Assembly (NCBI GenBank): GCA_023515725.1
Contig: JALDTO010000208.1
Location: 303,164-367,163, forward strand
Direction of reading: 5' to 3'
DNA from: Amoeboaphelidium protococcarum X5
Lineage: Eukaryota; Fungi; Aphelidiomycota
DNA: 64,000 bases
Position 1 is the stretch's first letter; each line of letters opens with the position of its first letter. The notes below the pieces were generated by a model. It was not told where the DNA came from. It ran no database searches and was given only the letters and a program-made list of their open reading frames with translations. Of this stretch, positions 1 to 13,624 are shown in pieces. The position numbers and the translations under genes were made by a program.

Positions 1-435
1 GGATGTAAACTTATGTGCATTTACGCGACACGTTATGGCACGTAGCGATAACCCAAATCTTTCAAGAAATCCATACACCCACCCAGTTGACGCCTTGAAC
101 TAATCATCTCCTACAATCAACCTCATTTATCGCCGTATATTGCTCAGAGTTAGAGGATCTCCACGATTTCTACAGCTAAATATTATTTAAACTAACATCC
201 TCTCCGCCTATGGATGAGCAACAGTTCTTCCAGAGCCTATTTTTCTGCAATGCTAATCTTTGTGAGTAGTGAGTTTATCATTACGAAGCCACCTATATAT
301 CATAGAGTGATGCAGGTTGAACGTGATAGCTGCTTCTCTTACTGAACGGCTTGAGCAAAATTTAATAACACTCTTTTTATAAGCAATTGTGTACGATTTA
401 CGCGGTGAAGACATTCTGCGCAGCGTATAAACCAT
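1..435 (-). mobile_element. pogo/Tc5 (CENP-B-like) transposase N-terminal DNA-binding region, truncated by the window edge (possibly domesticated)
   Basis: With TAR=Gln the ORF runs from 435 off the left edge: RKSYTIAYKKSVI...AAITFNLHHSMIYRW (Brinker/psq-type HTH), then AERMLVQ...RNRGDPLT...QFKASTGWVYGFLERFGLSLRAIT (HTH_Tnp_Tc5 signature). No DDE domain or TIR is visible in the window. Confidence 0.75.
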
Positions 436-668
436 TTTCGCGGTTAAGGAGAGAAAAATGAAAAATAGAAAATTTGTGCTTATAAATCAAATTTTACAGT
501 AAATCGATCGCCTAAAGCTCGTGGACGATGTGCGGCGCGCAATTGCCAGTGTTAAAGAAGGCAGAATATCAAAATAAGTACAAACTAAATGGCCTAAACT
601 AGATAAGATTGTAGAATAAAGTGAAAGTATTTCCAAGTTATATTCATCTTATAATGAGAACAAAAATA

Positions 669-2231
669 TCATACTTTAGATGAAAAGTCAAAGTGACACG
701 CTCGCAGTAGCTGCTTCCATAGATCATTCAATCCAGAGGTGACACTCAAATTCATTGGCGGTTGATAACAACTGCCACCAATACTTCTGGCTTATTCTTC
801 ATTTTCAACACCTTTAGCGCCGTGTCCAAGATGTTTAAAATAGTTTTCAATGTTCAACTATCTCATATGCAAAAACATGGGCATTTGACCTTTGAGTCCA
901 CTGTATCGGGTGAAATCCAATAACTGTCCCCAACCGATATCATGCAGCTTCCTATACGATTTGATCCCATACTTTGCATCTCCCAGAATTGGACTATTCA
1001 ATGTAGTGGCACAGTGAACACGTAACTAATGTTTCCGCCCCGTTAAAGGAGTAAGTCGCACCAGGCAACCTTTGGTTCCGATCTCGTGGATGATTTCATA
1101 CCTGGTCACAGCGCGCTTGAGGCACCTCTGATATGCGCGATGTATTCTACTTGGATCCACAACTGTCACACCATACTGAGTGGGTACATCAACAGCTGAA
1201 TCAAAGTCATCATCACATGAAATATCGATACCAGCCTCGGGTGGAATAAATAGATAGTTATCAATCACGCCTCTTGATTTAGGCGGAACTCCAGTCAATA
1301 TAGCCCAATACACTTTTTACAACTCCATACTGGTTGACATTGCTGGAGTCTATTCATTCAAATCAGCATTATGGTTTTAATCATCATCATTGTCAACACT
1401 AGGCTAACCGAGACGGGTAGAGGAATATTCGGATGATCGTTAAACCGAGTTACCAAAAGCATCTACAGACTCCTCAACAGTGTCATGAAATAGCGAAGGA
1501 TCGCTAGACTCTCTGAATGCCTGATTAAGCATCCGTATAGAGTATTAATTACGTCCAAGTACAAGACATCCACCTACAGGTTTATCGAGCCTATGCACTG
1601 CTTATGGATCGTGCTAATACGCGTCACTATTTTCATGAGGATCAACGTGTCTCAATAGTCTGAACAATCGCTACAAATGCACTTTTTAGTTTTTAGATCC
1701 AGAATGTACAGAGATCCCCGGAGATTTATTCAATACTATGATATCTGCATCATGATACAGAATTGTGCCTCTTAATTGCTCCATAGTAGAGTCTAGCTGA
1801 GTCTAATCGGCAGACATTGGTGGAAGAGGCTACTGTAGAATTGTGTCTAGCGATGGCCGCGATATGCCTGGATTATCCTTGTGATTGATGCAAACAGTAT
1901 CATTAGCTTTTAGTATAAAATTTGAACTCAGATTGACAAATTTCCTTTATACAGATGATGTTGTAGAAGTATAGGCTTCTTCAGTACGCAATACCCAAAT
2001 CTTCTTTTATCGCAGCAATTTCTCAACCAGACTTATGGGATAATCAAGGTGGAATTTCAGATATCGCTTCAGCAATTGCTCCCTTTCAAACTGGGATACC
2101 TTCAGCTGCTTTGTAGACTATAATTAAGTTTTGGTATTGGACGCGTTGTACTTCGCGCTAATAGATGGTGCTGATATGGTGGGCGTATCACCAGCATTCG
2201 CAGACACCAGACGTTTTATCAATTTTTGCAT
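669..2231 (-). CDS. RluA-family RNA pseudouridine synthase (probably mitochondrial)
   Basis: Motifs VHRLDKPVGGCLVL, KVYWAILTGVP, LTPLTGRKHQLRVHC...PILGDAKYG, PMFLHMRQL. TGA at 669-671. Start approximate. Confidence 0.88.
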
Positions 2232-2490
2232 TTCTCTTAGCGTCGCTACTTTGATAAGTTGGAATAATGTAAGTTGCAAGTTCTGTATTTTTTGCCTTAA
2301 GAGTTTAGACGCGTTTTCACCTTTGCTCGGTAAAGTCCACTTATAGTAGAACTAGTAGTCAATAAGCGTGACTATTCAACAACTTCAAGACAATTTTGAA
2401 AACTAAACTAATGATTTGATCTTAACTCTTATAGCGAGTAAATGAATGCAAATATAATGCCGAGAAATCATCAAAATTACTGAGTACAGT

Positions 2491-4066
2491 TCACATTACT
2501 TCAATATCAACGTGTTTGACTTCTGGGACGTTATCCTACAATGTAATGACGAATTTTGTAAAATAAGTTGGACAATAATTATCCATATACTAGAACACTA
2601 ATTTACCTTTATGTTTTCCTCTATCCGGTCAATCTCATCACCAAGATGTTCAATCACATTGCCTCCGAACTATGTGAGATACGATTCCAATTGCTCAACC
2701 TTATCAAAGCTTTTCACCTTTTACAGTTCTGAATTCAGATCAATCTCATTGTTCATTATATACCGCCTAGTCACCTCAACACTATTAAACTGAACCTCAG
2801 CTTTAAATCTTGCATCCTCAGGGCTTAACGCGGCAGTCTTGACATCTACATTGAGTCTCGCATTATCATACAGTAGTTGGGTCAAATCGGATGATATGGA
2901 AACACTCACCTTGAATAGATTATACTATAGGATCCGTTGTTATAATCTTTTAGAGGATAGCAACTTTATTAGATGGCATTGAGCTCTACATAGATAGACA
3001 TGCATGCGATTTAGACTCTGCTAAATAAAAATAGACTACTTACCTCTAACATCATGGATAGATTGCGTCTAATGAGAAATAGCGCCACTGAGCTGAGGAG
3101 AGCACCGATTCCACAACTACCAATTGGATCCAGCCACCAAAAGTCGCGATACAACTAGCTAAGTCCGAGGCAGGAGCCAGCAATTATAGATCCAATAACG
3201 GATGAAGAATCCTCCAGCAGAACCTATACCGAACTAGAATCTGAACCATTACGGAGATACTCTTTCACGGACATTTGAGATTTCTGAGCATTATGTGCCA
3301 CCTATTTGTACGCTTTATACGCAGTAAAACTTTCACTGACCAGAGCACAGCCAAGCACGGAGAATCCCACTTGAACTTGTGAGGCGGTCATTGCTTGAGG
3401 GATACCATCAATCAGGGCACTGATACCAGTGTATATGGGCACACCGCCACCGACAAACAGAACACCCACAGCACTGATTATCGCCCAACCGTACAACTCT
3501 TTGTGGAATCCATAGGGATGTGTAGGGCTCGGTTGCCGTATAGACCGCTTGATTCCCACATACAAGAGACACTGGTTGATCATATCCATCGCGCTATGCA
3601 AAGACTCGGCCATCAGAGCACTGCTTCCCGTGTAAATAGCAGCGGATAATTTACTTACACAAACCACGGCATTACTTCCCATAGCGATCATGACCAGACG
3701 TTTACTGCCATGTAATCGCCTCTCTTTATCGTTCGGAGATTCACGACGCCATACGGCCAACATCTACTTGTATCGCAGCTTGCAGTCTTAAGGCGATCTA
3801 TTTTATAGCAGATGCGCAATCTTATTCCAATTCTAGCCATGGGTTTTCAAAGACATTTACAACGTTAAATCTTCATCAGATGTCCACCGCCATTCCTGAG
3901 TTGATGATTAACTATATTCCGCAGTAATAGAACGAATTGTGGATAATAGTCGAGTCTGACTAGTCGATAGGTTCCTAATACTAGTGGACCACCGCGTGTC
4001 ATTATATAAAGACACTCTTTACCTTAATCCTATGCACTTGAAATTTGAAATCTTTGATCTAATCAT
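2491..4066 (-). CDS. CDF zinc transporter, ZnT9/SLC30A9-like, with N-terminal presequence-like segment and a Myb-like domain; 3 introns
   Basis: SSALMAESLHSAMDMINQ, HPYGFHKE, VLLEDS, DVKT...RFKAEVQFN, LGDEIDRIE...PEVKHVDIEVM*. Introns about 2986-3043, 2846-2909 and 2537-2606 (GT...TGTAG). Confidence 0.88.
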
Positions 4067-4229
4067 TTCAACGTTTGCAGGCTGTGGAGTTAGATTACAG
4101 CGTGAGAAGAGTGAAGAGCGAAAATGGCTTGTAGATTAGGGTCTTCTTAAATCAGCTAATTGAATGACAGAGAGTAGAAAAAGAGAATATCATTAAAAAT
4201 AAATAAGCCAAGACTATATATTAACTAAT

Positions 4230-4451
4230 TCAATTCATTGTTCTGAGTACCCATCCATAAGAGCGAAAGATGTAGACGGATACGCCAAAGAGAGCTGCTG
4301 GCCAGTAGAGGACAAGATTCTCGCCTTTGAACAGTGAACCAATTTGATTCTGGACACGCGTAAGTACAGATGTCGATGTCGACTCAACACCACTCTTCGT
4401 ACCAGCCTTGGTGACTTTATTCTACTTTTGCTCAGGAATCGCGTTTGACAT
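4230..4451 (-). CDS. 73-aa protein with one C-terminal hydrophobic segment (possibly Tom6-like)
   Basis: MSNAIPEQKQNKVTKAGTKSG...LVLYWPAALFGVSVYIFRSYGWVLRTMN*. ATG in AT-rich context, TGA end. Family assignment is tentative. Confidence 0.5.
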
Positions 4452-4667
4452 TATAAAGATTTATCAAGGTAATTTATATATTTCTAATGAATTTTGATGA
4501 TAGTATCTATCAAGGCAATCGCAAATGGTGGAATCAGAAAAATGAAGAAAAGTTGACTATTGAGAGAACAGAGCCGACGGACGTCACTAAAGCAAACAGT
4601 GATAGAAGGGAGACATAGAGAAAATTTAACTGCAGTATTGCCTATCGTATTTTCAACTATATCAAGA

Positions 4668-7600
4668 TCATTTAGTCTATAATTTCTTGCGCGATTCTGC
4701 TTGGTGCAACTTACTCGAGATGGAACCCGCGGTGACTGTAGTAGCGACATTGGACTCATTCTGCAATCTCTACGGGGCTGTAACAAAGAATCCCAGCATT
4801 TCACTTATTGCCATAAATTCGACACTCGACACTTTTACATATTCTTATTTAGCCGACAGTGGATGTAATTTTAGTGTTTTCAATATAATTTACATAATTT
4901 CCCATCCAATGGCAGCAGGAGAACTAGATTGAGAAGGTGGTTAATCGGAATCAGCGGAGCCCAACACCTAGAGCACAGACACCTTCTATACTAAATCTCT
5001 GCACTTATCTATACATAGTCGAAGGCACACCTCTAACCTATCCTAAGACTGTAACTATTCAAACAGATACCACACAGACTATAATACATCCACTTGGAGC
5101 TGATTCTCAGTCAGATCAACATGCTCACGACCAACGTTCATGCGCTAAAGATAACTCGTCAACAGTTACTAGACCATCTATGCACACAAATCAGTATCTT
5201 TATCACATTTTACAGCAAGTGTCACGATAAAATTCACAATTAACAAGAACAACTATGAACTCAAATTCCTGATTCTTAAGATATTCGCCAAACTTTCACC
5301 AACGCCATAATCGACCCAAGCAGTTTTTATAAAACTGACATTACTCTCAAGCACTTTAAGAAGCAATAACAAATGACATTAAGCAATATCCTGCTATGGT
5401 AAAGACATATCATCAGCACTCGGAGGAGTAATTATAGCAAGAGCCGCACGTATGTAGTTTTCCAAGCAGTCATTAATTCCAGAGTCAAATAGTTATGCAA
5501 CCTTACACTCATTTACAATTTCGAGGCAGACGGCTTCAGCTTCTTTCTCCTCAACAGTCAGAGGAGGATGCTGATATTCTTCATCGCCATTAACACCATT
5601 TGAACCGGAAGAATCTGCACTGGATAACAGAAAAGTCTACAGAGCACTGAGGAATCCAGATCCACTACTATTGCTTTCACCAGAGACTTTCTTGCTAGCT
5701 GCCACCTGGTGACCGATAGTCTTCTTGCCAGTGATGTGAGTAGATTGACATTCGATTCTCTATAAATCTTGAAATTTGATGCAAGTTAACAGTGTCTTTG
5801 GCATAATAATATCTAGCAGATAGAAATGGTTCAAAATATCCAATACATAGATCCAGGCACTTTTCACACCAAGTTTGTACTCTGACAAATTACGGAATGA
5901 TATAAGACACGAGACTTGGGCATGAACGTCATTTTTTAGACTCAACAGTAGACGATTCCTCTTCTTTCTAAACACTTTATACTCTCCAATATTTTCATAG
6001 AGTTTTGCAAACGTGATATTATCAAGTGCAACTTCATCACTCTACTACTGCAGCTTTGATGATAAAAGAAGATTACTAGACTAGAACATACTTATCAACA
6101 GGCCATCAGTACATTGAACATTACCATAAGTAAACGACAACTAACATAACTAATTGTACACTTTAATAGACTGATGCAAATTCGCCTGAGTATCGCTAGA
6201 ATGATAATAATACAAAACAGTGGTGGACAGAATCTGCCAATACTAATCAAAGAGCACCTTGTCAAGTACGATAGTATCTTAAGGACTAAGAGGATACCGG
6301 GTAGAGGCTGAGGAGCGGTAGGTTGCAATTTCATTCACCAAGTGCTCGAATCCAACGTCTCCTTCATGTTCTTCAGGCATCAAGATCTCATTTTCCTTAA
6401 TAGACTCATAAATTGCATCAAGGTATGAAGTGAGAAAATTACGACCTTTACTATTGGTCTATCTCAAATTCTTTCTAAAATCTTCAGCCGTCATTCTCTT
6501 GCGCACCTGTGGATTGTGCTGGTCAGTATTCAGCATAATTATAGCATAAGCCAACACGAATACAGCATCCGGATCTAACGGCAAAGCTTCCTAACTTTTA
6601 TAATTCTCCTCAGTGCCGTGCTCTTCCAAATACACCTTGGCATCTTGCTTCAAACACTGCTCAAAGTATCCATCACTGAATGCCTCCACCACACGTTGAA
6701 TCTATTAAGCTTCACCAGGCAATCTGAATTTCTACAATACTGATCTAAGCGCTTAATCCATTCGTGGCTTTGGTGTGGCAATGTTGGACCAGTCAAAATT
6801 GTTCATGAATTCCTTGAGGACATCGAAATTCTTGGGCTTGGACAGAAACTCACCGAGTACTTTTTTATTCAATGGCAGTACGTGGCAGATTTTAGCAACA
6901 GATTACGGGCTCAGATCTGACAAAAGTCCAATCTTCATCATGAGTTCGAGACCTTGCGAGGGATTCTAATTAAAATTATTCGCAGCTTCAATCATCTTCA
7001 TTTTCTCCTTCTTCATATTGAGCAATTCCACCACTTGCGTGTGATCTTGCAACTATAGCATTCGGATGGACGTGACATCCATAGATGAAAATTTTTATAT
7101 TTCTTACTAAAGCAACTGCTACAATAGATCGAAAGCCTTAACACTGACACTTCTGTACATACTAGCTGGGATAACCTCTCCTGCGCGCTCATATCTATCA
7201 CGATCATTCTTTGTTAGTCTCATATAAGAATCAAAGCTGCCAATTTAAATCTCCTGAATCAAATAAGGCATAATAGTCAATTGACACAGAGTTGTAATCA
7301 ATGCTTAATACACATACTGACCAGTGACCACACAATCGCACTGAGCAAATAGTTAATGGCAGAAGTTACCCTGTAACAACTGCGCCAGGGCATCCAATAT
7401 CATATCTCTAGGATCAGTAATATTCGGATTATACGCAAACATCTTGTAAGTAAATGCGAACATGTTAGGCAAGTCTTCAAGCAGTTGATCCAAGCCAAGA
7501 CTTCCATCACTCAATTGACTTGATACGATACAGTTGTACTTGGATAACAATTATCGCACCTACTTTTACTTGTTCTAAACAATAGACATTGGCAGAGTAT

Positions 7601-8846
7601 CCTACAGGAATGAAATCAACATGTGAACTGTAAAGTTGTGATACGCGTCCAGAAATGTAAAGATTCTCAATGTACAGACACACTTCAATGTCAGGCCTAG
7701 CATAGACACATTGATGTTGATTAAGGATGATCGCACCAGCAAAAGCAGATTCTTGAACAAATCCTACCGAAATAAATTCATCAATACAAGATCTCTCTCG
7801 ATTACATCAGCACCATCTTCTACTATGCGACAGAGCACCGAAAGAGATATAGTCTTTGCATTATCGCTCTAAGACGACTCCATCATGGACACCAAGAATC
7901 TGAAAATCTCCTAAACTGAATGCACCGAAAAGTTATTAGACTCCCGGAATCGTGCACTGGCCGAGCTAAGCAATGCAGTCTCCTATAATTACGCCTGACC
8001 ATTCGAAGTAGAAAGACCATCAATATGAGCAGCTAAATCAGGTATAGAACCTCTTGCCAAAGGCTAAGACTGCTGTGAAAGATCAGCCTGAACATCTTCA
8101 GTCGCACTACTAGAACTAGCGTTATCTGTGAGATTCTACTCATTAGCCACAACATGCTACTCCTCCGTCTAATTACTAATATGAACAAAATCTTCTCTTG
8201 ACAAGCGAGATCTCAACTCGGGATTAACTTGAGCGTCATTCTATCCAATAGCATCCTGTTCATTGACAACAACATCCTGGGATTCTAAATACCTGATCAA
8301 AAGTTTAAAAATCTAAATAACGTTAAGTTCCGCAGATTTACGAAGAACATCAGAGAGACGAGTTTGGTACAAAATAGAGAAGATGGTCTCCATTATGGCA
8401 CAAACCAACGCATCTCCGATAACCGCAACAGCAGGAGAAATGCCATTGGAAAATAACATTTCGCTACTTGAACTAGACACAAATACTTCAATACCATGCA
8501 ACAAGACTTGCATAATGGCCAAGAGAACGCATTCGTCAACGTTAGAGTCGGACGCTTCAAATTTGCACTGAACGACGCTAGCCAAAATGGAACCAAGAAG
8601 TGGCATACAATTATTCTTAAAATGCTAATTTTGTATAAATTTATCAATAGACTACAATGCCAAAAGAGTCAACTATCCATTCACATCACTTGCAGTTATC
8701 ACTCTCAAAAAAGCCTTCTATGCCTCAGATTCCGAACTTGCTGCCTACTACTAAGTAACGATACTGGCCACAGATAAATTTTTCCACCTTGGATTCTTAC
8801 TGATAGACCATTTCAAGTGAGTGAGATCCCTTTCCAGAATACTCAT
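4668..8846 (-). CDS. GBF1: Large Sec7-domain ARF guanine nucleotide exchange factor (GBF1/Gea1-2 type)
   Basis: N-terminal [19 protein letters not shown]. Sec7 motifs [17 protein letters not shown] and [24 protein letters not shown]...[14 protein letters not shown]. One frame of about 1390 aa with TAR=Gln. Confidence 0.9.
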
Positions 8847-9106
8847 AACTGTATACAACTTTTTTGTTAATTAATGGGCACTGTGTACAGAAGACTTACT
8901 GTACTGTGTAAAACGATTGACGAAAAGGCGTCTGAATGAATGAACGAGAGAAAGCATCACGCCCACGAGAGAGAAGAATGATGGGAGGATCGAGAGAACG
9001 GCGCTGAAACCATGTGAACGCAATCTCCACATCGTTTCACTGTCAGATTAATCCATTTACTTTTCTTCAACAGCTTGTTAGATTAGTTTTACACGTAATT
9101 GAAGTA

Positions 9107-11653
9107 ATGTAGCATCTTGCAGACAGACGTGCAGATGATGCAGTTGTTGCAATAATGCTCAATAAACACGGGAGTTTTGGCTGTGCTCAAGTAAAAGGTA
9201 ATGAATGACATTTGTAAACTGTACATTAGAATTCCTTAATTGCGTGTCTAATGTAGACAATGTGGTTTATCATCTGCCTGGTGACTTTCATAGCACTCCT
9301 GACGACCTGTTGTATGCAGGTACGTCTTTACACTATTAAGTTATGGTAACAGTTAAAATGTTTGTAGTTTCTTCTCAATTGAATCCAATGAGAATTATAT
9401 TGTATAATGACAGAGAAGAAAGACTGAAACTGGAAGATGATGGTGAAGTTGGTATGTTTTTATGTGGTGATAATGTTTCAGACGTGTGACTTTAAGTGTA
9501 GAGCTGATCAGACGCGATTTCACGGGATCTGTTTCAAGTTCTCTCTCTGTAAGAACGATCGTCCCGTTTCAGTCATCAATTATCATTCAATCAACTGAAC
9601 TGATTGTAGATGGTGTGTGTGGCTGAGTTAACGAATGAGTTTCACATTGCAAGAGCTGAGTACTTTACACTTGATAGCTACCTGTGGATTGACAAGGATT
9701 CTCAAGACGCGTTAGACATTCATGATGGCATTTATTGTAAGTTTATTCCTGAATCGTGTAGCGTATTTAATTTTAGTAAGATCCCTGTAGCCTTGTTGAG
9801 TTCCCTACTATGTACAAAGGCAGGATACAATTAGCTTAAAGCATGGATGCATGTGCCATCTTGCTGTAAATCTGAGTTGAATACGAGATATGACTTGGTC
9901 GAGGTATTGGTACGCGATGAGAATTGTCTCAATGAATTGCGAGAAATCCTACAAGGTGTCAAACCATTAAAGTCTCTTCTACAGTCAACTTGTGTTTGGC
10001 GTAGTGTCAATTGTTGGGAGTCTGTTTTAAAGGTAAAAGCATTTATTACGTGCGTTTTATTTACTGAGCATCTTTGTAGACCTGCAATCAACTCGGCCGC
10101 TTATCATTGCTGATTCGCAACAGCTTTGATGTCCAAGCTCATCCTTTACTTGCATCTTTGGTCCAATTGATTGATATTAATGCGTTGAAAGACGCCAGCT
10201 AGTTAATAAATTGCGTCATTGACTTTGAATCCACTGGATATGCCTCGATTAAAGCCGGTTAAGACTAGCCTCTTGATGCGTATAAAAGAAGAATGGCCGT
10301 GTTAGGAGATACTTTAACGTAGATTCTATACGAGAAGTGTAGTGCGGCCAATGTACATCAGTCATCTGCGCAGATAAAGTACGTAGCTTAATTGGGATAT
10401 TTTCTGATAACTGTGGCAGAACATTCTGATGCATTCGGGCATCTGATGGAGTTTTAGTTTAGCGATGAAGCGTACTATTACTTTAAAGATTCTGACTTGC
10501 AGGCGTTGGACGATGAGTTTGGAGAACTTGAGGATTTGATTCTGGACAGAGAACTTGACATTCTGCAAGAGGTGCAATTGAGAGTTGTAGAAGGGCGCAA
10601 CTTCTTAGAAAGTGTGGAATTGGAGATTGCAAAGTTGGATGTTTTGCAATCTTACGCCATGCTGTCTATACGCCATCAATGTACGCGTCCAAATATCGGA
10701 GCTAAAGATTATTAAATCCATGAAGGACGTCATATTTTACACGAAGTTGCTTGTGACAACTTTGTTGCGAACGATTTGTAGTTTTAATCTGATGTACGTG
10801 GCTTGATATTGACTGGACCGAATGGAAGTGGTAAATCTGTATACTTGAAGTAAGTTGCATTGATCCAGTACTTTGCTTAGATTGGTTGCTTTGTGCCCGC
10901 TAGCAATGCCCATTTACCATTGATGAACAAGTTGATAACACGTTTGAAGACTGTCGAAAGTGCTTCCAACCAGAAATCAGCTTTCAAAATCGACCTGGAT
11001 CAGATAAAGCTGATGTTGAAACTTTCAGATAGCAAGAGCTTGTTTGTTATTGACGAATTTGGTAAAGGTACGGATGTAGCGGATGGCACTGGATTGCTGG
11101 TTGCTATTTTGCATCAGTTACTAGGGAGCTCTGCACCGCATCCTCCTTATATTTTGTGTGCCACTCATCTACATTTCGCGTTGAAGGATAGTTTCATATC
11201 TTCTATTTCACACCGTTTATGCTTTGGGTAAATGCAAGTTGTAGTGGAGTAAGATGATGACCATCAAGATACAGACTCCATATCAAGAATGAAAGCCTTA
11301 ACGTGTGGTCGCGTTAAAAAGTTGTTCAAGTTGGCCAATGGTTGCAGTGACGGTAGTTTCGGTATCCACTGTGCGTATGAGACTGGAATTCCAACCGCGA
11401 TAATTGAAAGAGGTAATGTCTATAATTTATCAACTGCAATTATTAATTCAAAGAATCTGCGTTGTGTAATTTGTATGTAGCTTTGATAATCAACTCAAAG
11501 ATTATGCAAGGAGATCCAATTGATCCATTGCTGTCTGAAGAAGATCAGGTGAGAGAAATGACGAATATCAAGATCTTGGACCTGTTTCTGAGTCGCGAAC
11601 CTGACACAGATATGCTTGAAGACTTTATCAAGAACCTTGGAGATAATCAATGA
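9107..11653 (+). CDS. MSH5: MutS homolog 5 (meiotic crossover factor), multiple introns
   Basis: [59 protein letters not shown]. No mismatch-binding N-terminal domain. TGA at 11651-11653. Confidence 0.88.
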
Positions 11654-12024
11654 CAGTTGATAAATACGTACCAAATTCTATTTATCCCATTCTACAAATT
11701 AACCTTTACACGGGGCCGAGATGGTTACGGGGTCAACGATTGCAATCACCGATTCTCGGCTATTCCGCTCGAGTTCAGCGAGTGTGTCGTCGGCCGTTCA
11801 AAAGTTGTTTTTCTAGGCGATTTGATTGATCGACAAGCGACGACACCTTTGACTTGCGATAAATTGAATAACAACAACAACAAGCATTTGGATATTAAAA
11901 ATTATCATAATTATACATTTAGACTGGCCATTCTTTGCTAATTATCATCATTTTTCTGCATTCGTATACATATAATTAATCCTCGTATATAATAATATTT
12001 GTTGTGTGATATTAATTGACAGCA

Positions 12025-13464
12025 ATGAACCAAGAAGAAGGTGCAGCAAAAGATGTTGCCACCACTAACGGATAAGGAGGAAACCGACCGAGTGGGTCAA
12101 GGCATAGTGTTCACTCACAATCTGACTATCTTGGTAAACGATTACATATAACTAATCTACTGGCTGATTCTAGTGACGTAGATGCCTCTGAATAAGCGTA
12201 GGATTGTTCACAGCCGTAAACAGTGGCCTCGACTACTGCTGAGTCAGCCGACTGCAAACAAACGAGCGATCATGTGGAGATTGTCGATGATCAGGGCATA
12301 GATAGAGCCGGTGTTGCGCTATAGATTGATAATAGGCTGGATAAGGGTGAATAAGATATTGCTATGACGTATCATCATCAGCGAGTACCGCTTAACAATC
12401 CCGATGATCCTCAAAGTGCAATGATCAGCTCTGGCGGCGATGATCAACGTGGCGTTGGCGATCAAAGGCGGTGGCAGCACGGGTAGAGTTGGAATTCTGG
12501 TATAGACAGGTAGAAGGAGCGATAATAATAAATTTTGGCTTAAAACCAGAATGCAGTTGTAAGGCCTACCATACCGTCGATTCGCGAGCTACATCTGCCA
12601 TCAGTAAGACCCCCATTCTATCCGACCCCTTGGTCTGAAAATGCTTCCTCTTAACAATCTTCATCAGATTAATAGTAGTACTTTAGCCATCATCCTAATA
12701 ATCCGCCATAAGATTAAAGTTCATCGATGAGCTTTTAGAATTATGTTGTGCAGTAATAGTAGCTACATTAGAACCCGCGATGGGCTCACCCGAATCGAAG
12801 ATATCCTGGGTCCTTGTAAGAGTAGTAATAACAGCATCATCACCATCATCCGCCTACTGCTGGTATGATTTACAGACCGCCGCCGATCTATGACGGTAAC
12901 TCCCAATCTGCTCCAGCTGTTGTATTTCAGCAATCCCCATTCCTGATCAGTCCGAATCCATCTATTGATACTCATCAGTAGTAAGAAGTTCATCCTATAC
13001 GTATCCCATAGAGAATAGCCGACGATCAGTTTAGACAATCTCCTCATTAGCATATGCCTTAGTCTATTCAGCAATAATAGTAGCATTAGTATCAGCATTA
13101 GTATCAATAAGAGAGATAGTAGTCATTGCAGCATGTTGCTGGATACACGAACAACATTAGCAAGAGTCCAAAGAGGTAGATTACTGAGCACAGACGTGAG
13201 AAGAATAGAGAAGCTGCACTCCGGTACCGTTAGAAATAGGTGGAGAGGAAGGAGACTCTGGAGAAGAGACTGGGTGATTTAATGAATTAAAATCAGTCAT
13301 TAACAGGCGAAGTTGATGAACTGAATAGGAATATTGGCGCTCTAAATGCAGCCATAGAAGAGATTGATAAGACGTGCAAGGGACACCATTCGAATGAAGA
13401 AAATTGAGTATATTATTATTGTAATCAACAGCTAGAATCGTAAGAAGATTGTGGGTTGTAGTGA
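12025..13464 (+). CDS. bZIP transcription factor with long Gln/Pro/His-rich region
   Basis: C-terminal EHRREKNREAALRYRQKQVERKETLEKRLGDLMNQNQSLTGEVDELNRNIGAL. Single frame from ATG 12025 to TGA 13462. Confidence 0.85.
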
Positions 13465-13624
13465 CACTCTTCGATAACAGACTGTTGGATATTGTTGTAA
13501 GCCTTATATTTTGATATATATTATTATCCTTATTATAAAAGAAAATTTAAAAAGATGCTGACCAGTAAATAAATATTTTAAAGTCGTAAAAGATCTTTGC
13601 AAATTTTATATTTCGAGTTCTTGA

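Noticed and set aside
495-560. TACAGT as a pogo terminal inverted repeat
   Set aside because: Wrong orientation relative to the minus-strand transposase-like ORF, and no partner repeat is visible.
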